From an uncultured Gemmatimonadaceae bacterium (GTDB taxonomy: Bacteria; Gemmatimonadota; Gemmatimonadetes; Gemmatimonadales; Gemmatimonadaceae), in the NCBI GenBank assembly GCA_963716745.1, contig OY970320.1:2624001-2688000 (forward strand): 64,000 bases of DNA, given 5' to 3'. Below, one piece after another: positions 10,044-20,575 of the stretch. Each line of letters opens with the position of its first letter. The stretch's first letter is position 1. Below the pieces are notes generated by a model, which was given only the letters and a program-made list of their open reading frames with translations, did no database searches and had not been told where the DNA came from. The position numbers and the translations under genes are program-made.

Positions 10044-10044
10044 T

Positions 10045-10122
10045 GGATTCTTAGGATAGCGCAGGGGATTCTTACGATACGGCCGGGGCGTTCTTGACAG
10101 CCCTGTTACCAAGTCGTAAGCT
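10045..10122 (+). promoter_or_regulatory. Sigma70-type promoter for susC with upstream direct repeats
   Basis: TTGACA(10094-10099)-17 nt-TAAGCT(10117-10122); GGATTCTTA(G/C)GATA at 10045 and 10066. Confidence 0.55.
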
Positions 10123-10278
10123 CGCGATGACAGACAGCTCCAGCCCGATCGATCGTACCGGATATACCGGTGCGCTCGCCGTTCTGGACCTCTGGAAAGG
10201 AGGTGCGGCCGACAGGACGTGTTACTCGAACGTTCCGGAAAGGTTCCGCAAATGAGTTCTCCAATCCAGGAGGCGCGT

Positions 10279-13200
10279 ATGAAGTGGCGAGTTCTGTCAG
10301 CGCTCGCGGTGCTTGCGCTGCTGCCCCTCGCGGCGGCGGCGCAACAAGAAGGGCTGATCACCGGCAAGGTGACCAGCGATGCCGGAGCTCCGGTGGCCGG
10401 CGCCCAGGTGTACATCGAGAAGATGAACCTCGGCACGCAGACGAAGGACGACGGCACGTACCGCATCGTGATCCCCGCCGGCCGCGCGAACAGCCAGCAG
10501 GCGTCGTTGAGCGTGAAGCTGATCGGGTTCAAGCCGAAGTCCGTGCTCATCGCGCTCAAGCCCACCACGCAGACCATGGACTTCGTGCTCGGCGCGCAGG
10601 CCGTGGTGCTGCAGCAGGTCGTGATCACCGGTGAAGGGATCATGACCACGAACGAGAAGCTCGGTGAGACCGTGAACACCGTGCACGCGGACGCGATCAC
10701 CGGATCCAACGAGACGAACGTGACCAACGCACTCTCGGGCAAGGCGCCGAACGTGCAAGTGCAATCGTCCTCGGGCGATCCGGGATCCTCCACATCGATC
10801 CAGATCCGCGGCCTCAAGTCCTTCACCGGCGACGGCCAGCCGCTGTTCGTCGTGGACGGCGTGCCGCTCGACAATTCGTCGGTGAGCACGGACCAGTACG
10901 CCATAGGCAATCAGGGGCAGGGCGTGGTCACGTCGAACCGCATTGCCGACGTCAATCCGAACGATATCGAATCGGTGACGATCCTGAAGGGCGCCGCGGC
11001 CGCCGCGATCTACGGCGCGCGTGCGTCGCAGGGCGTGGTGCTGATCACCACGAAGAGCGGCAAGTCGGGTCAGACGCGCTATTCGTTCACGAGCTCACTC
11101 TCGCTGAACGACGTCACCCAGGGTTACCCGTTGCAGACCACGTACGGGCTGGGCACGGACGGCGTGGCGGCGACCTGCGATGCCACGTCACTCCCGGGCA
11201 GCACCGACGGCGGCAGCGACTGCTCGATGAGCACCGCACGTTCATGGGGCCCGGCGCTGCCGGCCGGCACGACGACGTACGATCACTTCGGTGAGATGTT
11301 CACCACCGGTACGCTGTGGGACAACATCCTGTCGATGTCGGGCGGCGATGACCGCCGCAGCTTCTACTTCTCGGCGGGATACTCGGCGAACGCGGGCGAC
11401 GTGACCGGCAATCAGAACGACTACAACCGCGCGACCTTCAAGCTGAAGGGCTCGCAGATGATCGCCGACCAGATGCAGATCTCGGCGAACTTCAACTACG
11501 TGAACGTCACCGGCAATTTCATCCAGCGTGGCGACAACGTGGACGGCATCATGCTGGGCTCGCTGCGCACACCCGCGAACTTCAACAACTTCTACTACCT
11601 CGACAGCGCGTCCGGACTGCAGCGGGCGTTCCGGTATCCGAATCCGAGCGCCTTCTCCAGCACGACCGGCCGTGGATTCGATAACCCGATCTGGGTGGCG
11701 AATTCGATGCCGGCGACGCAGGACCTGAACCGCTTCTACGGCAACTTCATGTTCAACTGGACGCCGCAGGATTATCTGACCGTCCAGTGGACGCCGGGCG
11801 TCGACTACTACGCCGACCAGCGTTTGGAAGCGTTCCCGCTGACTTCCTCGGGATTCCCGACAGGGCAGATCTTCCGCACCGACATGAACAGCTTCATCGT
11901 GTCGAGCCTGCTGACGATCATCGGGTCGCATACGTTCAACCCGAACTTCTCGGGCACGATCACGCTGGGCAACGATCTCAACAGCCAGTCGTTCAACCAG
12001 AATTTCATTCAGGGCTTCACGCTCATTTCACCGCTTCCCTACACGATCAGCAACACCGTGAGCTGGTTCCCGAACGACGATGAGACGCTGGTGCACCGCC
12101 AGTCGTACTTCGCACAGGCGACCGCAGACCTGTGGGACCAGCTCTACCTCACCGCCGCGATCCGCAACGACGGCTTCTCGACCTTCGCCCAGAACGATCC
12201 GCGGGCGTGGTACCCGAAGGCGAGCGCGGCGTGGACGTTCACCAAGACCACGGGCACCCGCGACTGGCTCCAGTACGGCAAGTTGCGCGCGGCATACGGC
12301 GAGACGGGCAAGGAACCGCAGGCCTACTCGACCCTCAACAATTATCAGGTGAACAAGATCTACGAGTACGGCGGTGTCGGGTTCCTCAATAGCGTGTACG
12401 AGGGGATCCCGGGACTCACGTCTTCCACGAAACTCGGCAACGATGGGCTGCAGCCGGAGCGCTCGAAAGAGTGGGAGACGGGTTTCGACCTGGGCTTCTT
12501 CAATGGCATGTCGGACATGAGCTTCTCGTACTACAACAGCAAGACGTACGACGTGATCTTCCAGGTGCCGCTGCCTCCCTCGAGCGGTTACCAGAGCCAA
12601 GTGCAGAACGGCGCGACGATCTCGAACAAGGGCTACGAGGTCCAGTGGAACTTCAATTCCAAGCCGCAGGCGAATATGCAGTGGTCGCTTGGCCTGCTCT
12701 GGGCGCAGAACCGGAACAACGTCGATGCCATCCACAACGCATTCGATCGTCTTCCTGCCCAACTCCATCGTGAACGCGGTCGCGATCGTCGGGTCGCCCG
12801 TGGGTTCGATCTACGGATATGACTTCTATCGCTGCGGCAAGGGCGAGACCGTCGCCAATGTCGACATCGACAACACGCCGACGTCGGGTGGCGGCTGCGG
12901 TACGGGCTACGCCAAGAACGCCATGTATATCGGCGCCGATGGCTTCCCGATCATCAATACCGATTCGAACATCCCGCTGGGCAGCGCCCAGCCGAACTGG
13001 ACGGGCGCGATCCGCGGTTCCCTCACGCCGATCAAGAACCTCCAGTTCTCGTTCCTGTTCGACATTCGCAATGGGAGCCAGGCCTACAACGGCACCCGCG
13101 GCGCGCTGTACGTGTATGGCACGCACAGAGACACCGATGTTCGCGGCCAGAACCTGATCTTCGGCACGTCGATCGATCCGGGCGCAGTCGCCGGACCGGG

Positions 13201-13534
13201 CGCCGGGCAGGCCGTACTCATCGACGCGAACTGGTTCCAGGGAGACGGCGGGTCGTTCGGCAACAACACCGCCAGCTTCGTGGAAGACGCCGGATTCACC
13301 AAGCTCCGCGAGATCGCCCTCGCTTACACCTGGGATGGCCGCTGGGTGACGCACAACCTTGGCCTGAGCAGCCTTCAGCTGCGCGTCGCCGGCCGAAACC
13401 TGTACACATGGACCAAGTACACCGGCATCGACCCCGAATTCAATCTCGAGGGCGTAGCGCTGGTGCAGGGTGTGGACTGGTTCAGCAATCCGCAGGCGCG
13501 TTCGTTCGTGATGTCCATCACCCTCAACCGCTAA
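10279..13534 (+). CDS. susC: SusC/RagA family TonB-dependent outer membrane receptor; frameshift near 12740
   Basis: N-terminal carboxypeptidase-regulatory-like domain; plug PLFVVDGVP, DIESVTILKGAAAAAIYGARASQGVVLITTK; WTKYTGIDPE. Confidence 0.93.
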
Positions 13535-13549
13535 CCAGAGGTGAGCACA

Positions 13550-15005
13550 ATGAAGAAGCAACTCAAGCTCGCACTGGCAGCGGCGAGTTCGGTGCTGCTG
13601 CTGGCCGCCTGTACGGACTTCCTCAAGGGTCCTGGGCTGAACAACAATCCCAACCAGCCGACGTCCGCCACGGCCGACCAGCTCTGGGTCGGTTCGCAGG
13701 TGGCGGTGATGGCGCAGTGGGAGAACTATCCGTTCATGCTGTTCTTCCTGTGGGCGCAGCAGATCTCCGGCGTGAACCGGCAGTGGCAGAACTACGCACG
13801 CTTCCAGGCCGGGACCGATCAGAACACCGCCGATGGCGCTTTCAACCAGACGTACGGCCCCGGCGGGCTCGTGGATCTGCGGCAAGTGGATACCCTGACC
13901 ACCAAGAGCGGCAATCTGAAGATGCGTGGTGAGTCGGAGGTGCTCGAGGCGCTGTACATCGGAACGGCCGCCGACATCTTCGGCGCGATCCCGTACAGCA
14001 ACGCGCTCACCGCGCAGCCGACGTACGACGCGCAGGCAACAGTGTACGATGAGGTGCAGACGACGCTGAACAACGCGATCAACGACCTCAACAGCGCGCC
14101 GTCCACGGCGAACGCCGGACCGGTGGCCGACTTCTTCTACACCAACGACTACACGAAGTGGGTCGCGGCCGCGAACACGCTAAAGGCGCGGTTCTTCATG
14201 CACACCGCGCGCACGGGCACTACGACATACAGCGCGGCGATCCTCGACTCTGTGATCAAGTACACGCAGATCGGGATCTCCAGCTCGGCAGGCGATCTGT
14301 CCACGACCCACACGGGAACGCCGGGAGAACAGAACCTGTTCTTCAGCTTCCTGTTCAGCCGTCAGGGCGACGTGGAGCCGAGTGCGATGCACATCAATCT
14401 GATCAAGCAGGCTGGTGAGACGGGGCTGCTGGCCGTCTACTACCTGCCGAATTCAAGTGACAGCACGTTCGGCTCGGCGCCTGACGCGTCGTTGCCGGGT
14501 GTGGCGGCGTTCGCGACACAAGCCACGACGCCGGTGCCGATCGTCACGTACGTCGAGAACCAGAATGCTGTTGGCGGAAGCCAACCTCATCAACGGCACG
14601 TCGGTGGGCGGTACGCCGCTGGCGATCCTGAATGCGTATCGTGCGACCGTGGGAGGTGCGGCGCTCGCTTCATCGGGCGCGGTGCTCCACCAGAATATCA
14701 TTCGTGAGAAGTACATCCACATCTTCTTCAATGTCGAAGTGTGGGATGACTACCTCCGCACCTGCTATCCGAACGTGCCGACGACGCCGAATATGATCTC
14801 GCCGGGTGGAAGCGTGGGGCCGTATGTGCCCGCGCGGTTGCCGATCGGCATCACGGAACAGTCGGCCAATCCGAACGTTCCGGCGACCGTTCCGGGCGGA
14901 CAGCCGATGAACGGGAACAACGCCGCGAATCCGACCAATCCGAAGAATCTGGTGGATCTGGTTGGAGCGGCATGCGTCGGGCAAGTGAACCGGCCGGGGA
15001 CTTGA
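13550..15005 (+). CDS. susD: SusD/RagB family lipoprotein; frameshift near 14560
   Basis: Lipobox LAAC; DIFGAIPYS; IIREKYI...EVWDDYLRT; directly follows susC. Confidence 0.88.
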
Positions 15006-15032
15006 GATCCCGGTAGTTCGACGAACGAAATG

Positions 15033-15067
15033 AAAGAGCCCGGGTCGATGCTGACCCGGGCTTTTTC
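15033..15067 (+). terminator. Rho-independent terminator
   Basis: agcccgggtc-gatgct-gacccgggct hairpin followed by T-run. Confidence 0.85.
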
Positions 15068-15081
15068 ACATCCTGCGAACC

Positions 15082-15340
15082 CGAACGGCGTGAGTCGAAC
15101 CCCGAACACCGTGACTCGTAACCCTGACGCCGTGAGTGCCGAGTCGTGCGTCGTACTGACTGTGATGCGTGTGTGGTACCCCGAACTCCGTGCGTCGCGC
15201 CCCGAACGCCGTGAGTGACTCACGACGCACGGAGTTCAGGGGTGCGAGTCACGCCGTACAGTCAGTACGACGCACGACTCGGTACTCACGGTGTTCGGGG
15301 TACGACGAACGGCGTTGGGGGTACGACTCACGCCGTTCGT
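15082..15340. repeat. ~260-bp imperfect palindromic element (family A) with 21-nt periodic arms
   Basis: cgaacggcgtgagtcg...cgactcacgccgttcg ends; centre cgtgagtgactcacg. Confidence 0.9.
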
Positions 15341-15342
15341 AG

Positions 15343-16230
15343 TCAGTCGGGGATCGCCGTGCCGGGAAGGACGTACGTGAGTGGATCCACCGCACGTCCG
15401 TTCACGTGGATCTCATAATGCAGATGCGGCCCGGTGGAGAGTCCCGTGTTGCCAACGTTCGCGATCACCTGGCCGCGCTTCACCTTCTGGCCGGGGCGCA
15501 CGACGATGCGCGAGCAGTGCGCATACTTCGTGGTGATGCCGAAGCCGTGATCGATCTCGAGCACGTTGCCGTAGCCCGTTTCGCGGCGCACCGCCATCAC
15601 GACGCCGCCCGCGGGCGCGACGATCGGCGCGCCCATCGGCGCGCTCACGTCGATGCCCTCGTGCGGCCGCGCGATGTGCAGGATCGGATGGAATCGCGAG
15701 CGGCTGAAGCTGCTCGAGAGCCAGCCGGCGGTCGGCATGATGCTCGGGATCGACTGGAATTTCGCGGCGCCGGCGCGGAGCGTGTCGGACACTTCGGCGA
15801 AGCTCGCCGAGAGCGTCTTGGCGCGTACGATCATCCCGTCGATGTCGGGCTGGTCGGTGTTGAGTCCGAGCGCGGTCAGGCCACGCTTCGTGGAATCGTG
15901 GCGCGCGGCGTACGTGTCATCCGAAGAAAGGCCCGCGAGGAGCCGGATCTCCGTGTCGCGCCGGTCGATCTCATCAAGCGTTCCGGTGAGCGTGTCGATC
16001 TGCGCGCGCAGCGTCGTGACCGCCGCGCGCAAGCTCGCGTCGTCCTGCCCGCGCGCGAAGCTGCTGATGCTGTGGATGCCGATCGTCACCCCGACCACCG
16101 CCGCGAGTGCCAGCGCGCCGAGTCCGGCCACGAGCCAACGCGCGCCCCGCTCCGAAAGCTGGAGCTGGCGCGGCGCACGTTCCCCACCATGGGGGACGAG
16201 GAGGATGGTCCAGCGGCGGGGAGAGTTCAA
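15343..16230 (-). CDS. M23 family metallopeptidase with TM and coiled coil
   Basis: RFHPIL...HEGID, TGPHLHYEI. Confidence 0.92.
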   Translation of the reverse strand: MNSPRRWTILLVPHGGERAPRQLQLSERGARWLVAGLGALALAAVVGVTIGIHSISSFARGQDDASLRAAVTTLRAQIDTLTGTLDEIDRRDTEIRLLAGLSSDDTYAARHDSTKRGLTALGLNTDQPDIDGMIVRAKTLSASFAEVSDTLRAGAAKFQSIPSIMPTAGWLSSSFSRSRFHPILHIARPHEGIDVSAPMGAPIVAPAGGVVMAVRRETGYGNVLEIDHGFGITTKYAHCSRIVVRPGQKVKRGQVIANVGNTGLSTGPHLHYEIHVNGRAVDPLTYVLPGTAIPD

Positions 16231-16233
16231 ACT

Positions 16234-16369
16234 ACTCGGGATTCGGGACTCGGGACTCGGGGGTACAAAACTACACCCTTAAGACTCCCGGCGGGAGACG
16301 GCCGTCACGGCTGTTACGCAGCCGGACGGCGCCGTTTTTGAGTCCCGAGTCCCGAGCGCCGAGTCCCGG
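16234..16369. repeat. Inverted (GGGACTC)n / (GAGTCCC)n heptamer arrays around a hairpin
   Basis: actcgggattcgggactcgggactcggg ... agtcccgagtcccgagcgccgagtccc. Confidence 0.8.
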
Positions 16370-16372
16370 TAG

Positions 16373-17041
16373 TTATTGGTACAGCGCCGGGAATTCCTTC
16401 TTCAGCGCCTCGACCTTCGGAATGTCGTTGTACACGATGTACGGCTGGTCGGGGTGCTTATCGAGGTATCCCTGATGATAGTCCTCCGCCTTGTAGAACT
16501 TCTTCAGCGGAGTGACCTCCGTCACGATCTTGCCGCTGAACGTCTTTGCGGCCGTGAGCTGCGCAATGTAGGCCTTCGCGACACTCTCCTGCTCGGGCGT
16601 CATGTAGAAGATCGCCGAGCGGTACTGCGTGCCGTGGTCGGGGCCCTGGTAGTTGAGTTCAGTGGGATTGTGCGCGACCGAGAAGAACACCTTGAGCAGA
16701 TCGCCGTAGGTGACTTGGCTCGGATCGTAGATGACCTGCACCGATTCCGCGTGGCCCGTGGTGCCCGTGCTCACCGTCTCATAGTCGGCCGTGCCCGCTT
16801 CGCCGCCGGCGTAGCCGGAGGTGGAGGAGATCACGCCCTTCACATGCTCGAACACCGCCTGGATCCCCCAGAAGCAGCCGCCGGCGAAGACAGCCGTGTC
16901 GCGGCCGGGGGCTGTGGTCAGCGCGGTATTCTTTTCAGGATCGGGGACGGGAACGGTCGCGCCGGCTACTCCACAGCCCATGGCGAGGGCGAGGGGGAGC
17001 ATGGCAAACATCATGAGGAAATGAGGGAGGGTGGTACGCAT
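16373..17041 (-). CDS. msrA: Peptide-methionine (S)-S-oxide reductase with N-terminal export signal
   Basis: GGCFWG, TGHAESV, GPDHGTQYRSAIF, AEDYHQ motifs. Confidence 0.95.
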   Translation of the reverse strand: MRTTLPHFLMMFAMLPLALAMGCGVAGATVPVPDPEKNTALTTAPGRDTAVFAGGCFWGIQAVFEHVKGVISSTSGYAGGEAGTADYETVSTGTTGHAESVQVIYDPSQVTYGDLLKVFFSVAHNPTELNYQGPDHGTQYRSAIFYMTPEQESVAKAYIAQLTAAKTFSGKIVTEVTPLKKFYKAEDYHQGYLDKHPDQPYIVYNDIPKVEALKKEFPALYQ

Positions 17042-17112
17042 CTTAATGATCCTCGGAATTGATGGTCGACTGCATTGTATCAACACTTCTCGAGTGGGGC
17101 GAGTTCCGACTT

Positions 17113-17789
17113 ACCGCTAACGGCGGGGTTGGTACCGCTAACGGCGTGTGTGGCGTTGGCGTTGGGAATGCGAGCGCCGGTCAGACCGCGAAATGCCTCT
17201 CAACGCAGAAACATGGTGCCAGAACGCTCATTGCTCAGCGATATCATTGGCTCCTCGCGTAAAGCGGAGGAGCCGGTTGAGCTACGCAGCGTGGGAGTCG
17301 TCAATTCCCGCCGAAGTGCGCGCGGATCCGCTCTGGGGACTGCGGGTGTACCGTGCGGCCCTTTATGCGGGTGATCTCGGGCGCCGCGAGCATGCTGGCT
17401 TGCGCGAAAACCCGGGTTCGCAGACCTTGCCCCGCAATTGGTGCGCGCGACCGGATCGATCAGCGCGAACATCGCCGAAGGATACGGCCGCAATGGCCGC
17501 AAGGATCGCCTGCGATTCTACTGCTTACGCGCTCGGTTCTGCTCGTGAATCGCGCGACTGGTACTACAAGGCACGCGACGCGCTCGGCGCACCGCGCTAC
17601 ACAAGCTCGCATGTCGCTCCACACGTCGATCATTCGCATCATGACCAAGCTTCTGCGCAAGCCGAGCGCCGTCGCACCGCCAGAGCCAGAACAGGCCGAC
17701 TCCTGATCGCAGTCCCCAACGCCAACGCTAGACACGAATCTTGCGGTTCCAACCCCGCCGTCAGCGGTACCAGTCCCGCCGTCAGCGGT
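17113..17789. mobile_element. Inverted-repeat-bounded element carrying a four-helix-bundle gene, inserted between msrB and msrA
   Basis: Arms 17113-17173 and 17707-17789 are inverted copies; the same arms occur empty at 23190-23350. Mobility is inferred. Confidence 0.55.
17277..17706 (+). CDS. Four helix bundle protein (23S rRNA IVP/Avd-like family); several frameshifts
   Basis: Reconstructed DPLWGLRVY...QLVRATGSISANIAEGYGR...RFY.YALGSARESRDWY; RBS GGAGG before TTG. Confidence 0.85.
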
Positions 17790-18404
17790 CAGGCAGTAGC
17801 GAGCTTCACGAACTTCAGCGCCACTGAATTAATGCAGTACCTCAACCCAGTCGGCTTCGGCCCGTCTTCGAATACATGCCCTTGATGCCCATCACATCGC
17901 TTGCACTTGATCTCCGCCAGCGCACCATAGCCGGTGTACGGCGTCTCCAGCACATTCTCTTTCGCGATCGGCTGCCAGAAGCTCGGCCATCCGGTGCCCG
18001 AATCGAACTTGTTGGCGGAGCTGAACAGCGCGGTATCGCAATCGAATGCACCGGTAGATCCCGACATCCTTGAATTCGTCGTACTGCCCCGTGAACGCGC
18101 GCTCGGTGCCTTCCTGCCGTGTGACAATGTACGACTCGGGCGAGAGCTGCGTGCGCCACTCGGCGTCGGTTTTCACCACCTTCGGTACCTTTTTCGCGCC
18201 GAGGTTCTTGCCGTCGGCGCCGAATTCGACGATCAGCACGTCGGTCATTGGAGTGATCTCGGTCTCGGTCATGGTCTGGGCGGGGATCCGGCGGCGGAAC
18301 GCCGCGAGCATCGCGGTGGCCGCCAGCACGCCGCCAGCCGCGAGGAACGCGCGGCGCGTGGAGGGAGCGAACTTGGGGTCGCTCCCCTGATCGGGATTGG
18401 TCAT
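17789..18404 (-). CDS. msrB: Peptide-methionine (R)-S-oxide reductase with Tat signal; frameshift near 18045
   Basis: STRRAFLA Tat motif; [32 protein letters not shown]. Confidence 0.93.
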
Positions 18405-18503
18405 CGTTGTGTTGGATGGTGGTCTTGGTACGCCATATGAATACATACGCTCGCCGCAGGTTCCCGGATTGACAACCTCCGAAATCCCTCCGACATCATA
18501 GCA

Positions 18504-19736
18504 ATGCATACCCCACTTCGCGTCCTAGCGGTAGTTGGCCTTTGGACCCTTTCGACGGTCTCGGCTTCCACGGCCCAAGCGCCGCATGCGACAGCCGACA
18601 GCCGACAGCCTGCAGTCGTAGTTCTCGCTTTCGACGGTTTCGCCCGGCGGTATTTGGATCAGGATTCTGCGCCTACGTTCCATATGCTTGCGCGAGAAGG
18701 GGTGCTCGCCGAGGCGATGATCCCGAGCTTCCCGACGCTCACCTTTCCCAATTTCTACACTCTGGCGACGGGATTGTACCCGGCGCATACGGGGATCGTG
18801 AACAACCGGTTCTGGGACCCATCGTTCAATGCCATGTTCATCTATACCGGCGCGATGGCGAAGGAGGCGCGGTGGTGGGGCGGGGAACCGATCTGGGCCA
18901 CGGCGCAGAAACAGGGGTTGCGCAGCGCTTCGATGTTCTGGGTGGGCAGCGAAGCACCGATCGGCGGGGTCCAGCCGACGATATTCGTCCCGTTCGACAC
19001 GCGAATCCAGTTCGAGTCGCGCATCGTGCAGATCCTGAGTTGGCTGTCGCTACCGGATTCGGTGCGGCCACACCTCATCATGGGCTACTTCGAGGAGCCC
19101 GATCACACGGGGCACTCGTTCGGCCCCGACGCGCCCGAGACCGCCGCGCAGGTGCTGCGCGCCGACAGCATGCTCGCGATGTTCGTGAATGGACTTCGCG
19201 CGCGCGGCCTCTACGACAAGGTGAATCTCATCGTGGTGGCCGATCACGGCATGTCGGCCGTATCGAAGGATCGCGTGATCTACCTGGACGACGTGGTCGA
19301 TTCCGCCAGCGTGCGCGTGGTCGGCGAGACGTCGCCGGTGCTCACGATCAGCGCGCGCGACGGGAACGACTCAGCGCTCGTGCGCCAGCTGCGAAAGCTT
19401 CCCCACCTTACCGTTTGGCCGCGCGACAGCATCCCGGCTCGGCTCCATTTCTGCTGCAATCAGCGAATCACCGCAGTAGTGGCCGTGACCGACGACGGCT
19501 GGAGCATCACGTGGCGGCACGCCAAACCATCGAAATTGGGCGGCGCGCATGGATACGATAACGCGGACCCGAATATGCGAGCGCTTTTCATTGCGCACGG
19601 GCCGGCGTTCAAGCCGGGGACGACGATCCCCGCGTTCGAGAACGTGAACGTGTACTCATTGCTGGCCGATCTGCTGGGAGTGAAGCCCGCGCCGAATGAC
19701 GGCAGTTTGGCGCCATTTGCTGCGGTGCTGAAGTAG
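18504..19736 (+). CDS. Ectonucleotide pyrophosphatase/phosphodiesterase (alkaline phosphatase superfamily)
   Basis: DGF, PTLTFPNFYTLATGLYP, EPDHTGH, ADHGM, HGYDN. Confidence 0.93.
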   Translation: MHTPLRVLAVVGLWTLSTVSASTAQAPHATADSRQPAVVVLAFDGFARRYLDQDSAPTFHMLAREGVLAEAMIPSFPTLTFPNFYTLATGLYPAHTGIVNNRFWDPSFNAMFIYTGAMAKEARWWGGEPIWATAQKQGLRSASMFWVGSEAPIGGVQPTIFVPFDTRIQFESRIVQILSWLSLPDSVRPHLIMGYFEEPDHTGHSFGPDAPETAAQVLRADSMLAMFVNGLRARGLYDKVNLIVVADHGMSAVSKDRVIYLDDVVDSASVRVVGETSPVLTISARDGNDSALVRQLRKLPHLTVWPRDSIPARLHFCCNQRITAVVAVTDDGWSITWRHAKPSKLGGAHGYDNADPNMRALFIAHGPAFKPGTTIPAFENVNVYSLLADLLGVKPAPNDGSLAPFAAVLK

Positions 19737-19751
19737 GGCTGTGTTTGATTG

Positions 19752-19812
19752 TTGACAAAATCTATCGGGATACCGATCTTGAGGCGCGAACGGTAGGTGA
19801 AAGCCATTCTCA
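19752..19812 (+). promoter_or_regulatory. Putative promoter with Fur-like box
   Basis: TTGACA at 19752; TGAAAGCCATTCTCA at 19798-19812 resembles the Fur 7-1-7 motif. Confidence 0.35.
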
Positions 19813-19823
19813 TCTAAGCGCTC

Positions 19824-19934
19824 ATGCGGAAGCTGACCAGGAACCTGTCCATCGTCGCGTTCCTGCTCTTTCTGCTCAAGGGGCTGATCTGGCTAGCCCT
19901 GCCTGCGCTTCTCGCCATGAAAGGGTGTCCTTGA
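19824..19934 (+). CDS. Small membrane peptide (36 aa; not in ORF track)
   Basis: MRKLTRNLSIVAFLLFLLKGLIWLALPALLAMKGCP*; stop overlaps the TTG start of the heme oxygenase. Confidence 0.6.
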   Translation: MRKLTRNLSIVAFLLFLLKGLIWLALPALLAMKGCP

Positions 19935-20559
19935 GCGACCAGACCGCTGTCCCCGCCTTGTCGTCGGCCCTCGCGCTCCGTGAACGCACTCAACCCACCA
20001 TAAGAACGCAGAGCAGTCCGAGTTCCAGCGACAGTTCGTGAGCGGCAAACTCGAGACGGCCGGCTACATCGGCTGGTTGGGGCAGATGTGGTTCGTCTAC
20101 CGCGCAATGGCGGCGCAATTCAGCGCGCGACCCGGGAAGTCGGCCATTTTCTCTGCTGAGCGCGACCGGACAGCGGACCTCGACGCCGATCTGACGTTCT
20201 TTGGGCTTCCGGCCAAGGCGCGCGAGGCGTTGCCGAGCACAAGGGCGTTCATTGGGTTGCTCGCGCAATGGGGCGCGGCCGAAGGCAACGAGTTGTTGGG
20301 TCCCTTGTATGTGCTGGAAGGGAGCACCAACGGTAGCAAGTTCATCGCGCGCGCGGTGCGAAAGGCGTATTTCCTCGAGGGCTCGCAGGGCACAAGATTT
20401 CTGGACCCATATGGCGACGAGCAGACCGCGAAGTGACAGGCGTTCCGCGCGGAGCTGGACTCAGGCGTCGCCGCCGATCAGGTGGATGCGGTGATCGAAT
20501 CCGCGAAGGCGACCTTCGACGCGGTGACTGCGATCGGCGTGGAGCTGCTCGCGCGCTAG
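19931..20559 (+). CDS. Biliverdin-producing heme oxygenase (frameshift ~19997, in-frame TGA 20434; error or pseudogene)
   Basis: LRERT..HKNAE and LYVLEGSTNG motifs; C-terminal AKATFD. Confidence 0.8.
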
Positions 20560-20575
20560 ACTAGGGCGGATCTGC

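Noticed and set aside
15082..15340. CRISPR array
   Set aside because: Units are degenerate, inverted and lack unique spacers; no cas genes in the window.
17277..17706. Diversity-generating retroelement (Avd-like gene)
   Set aside because: No reverse transcriptase or TR/VR pair seen in the window.
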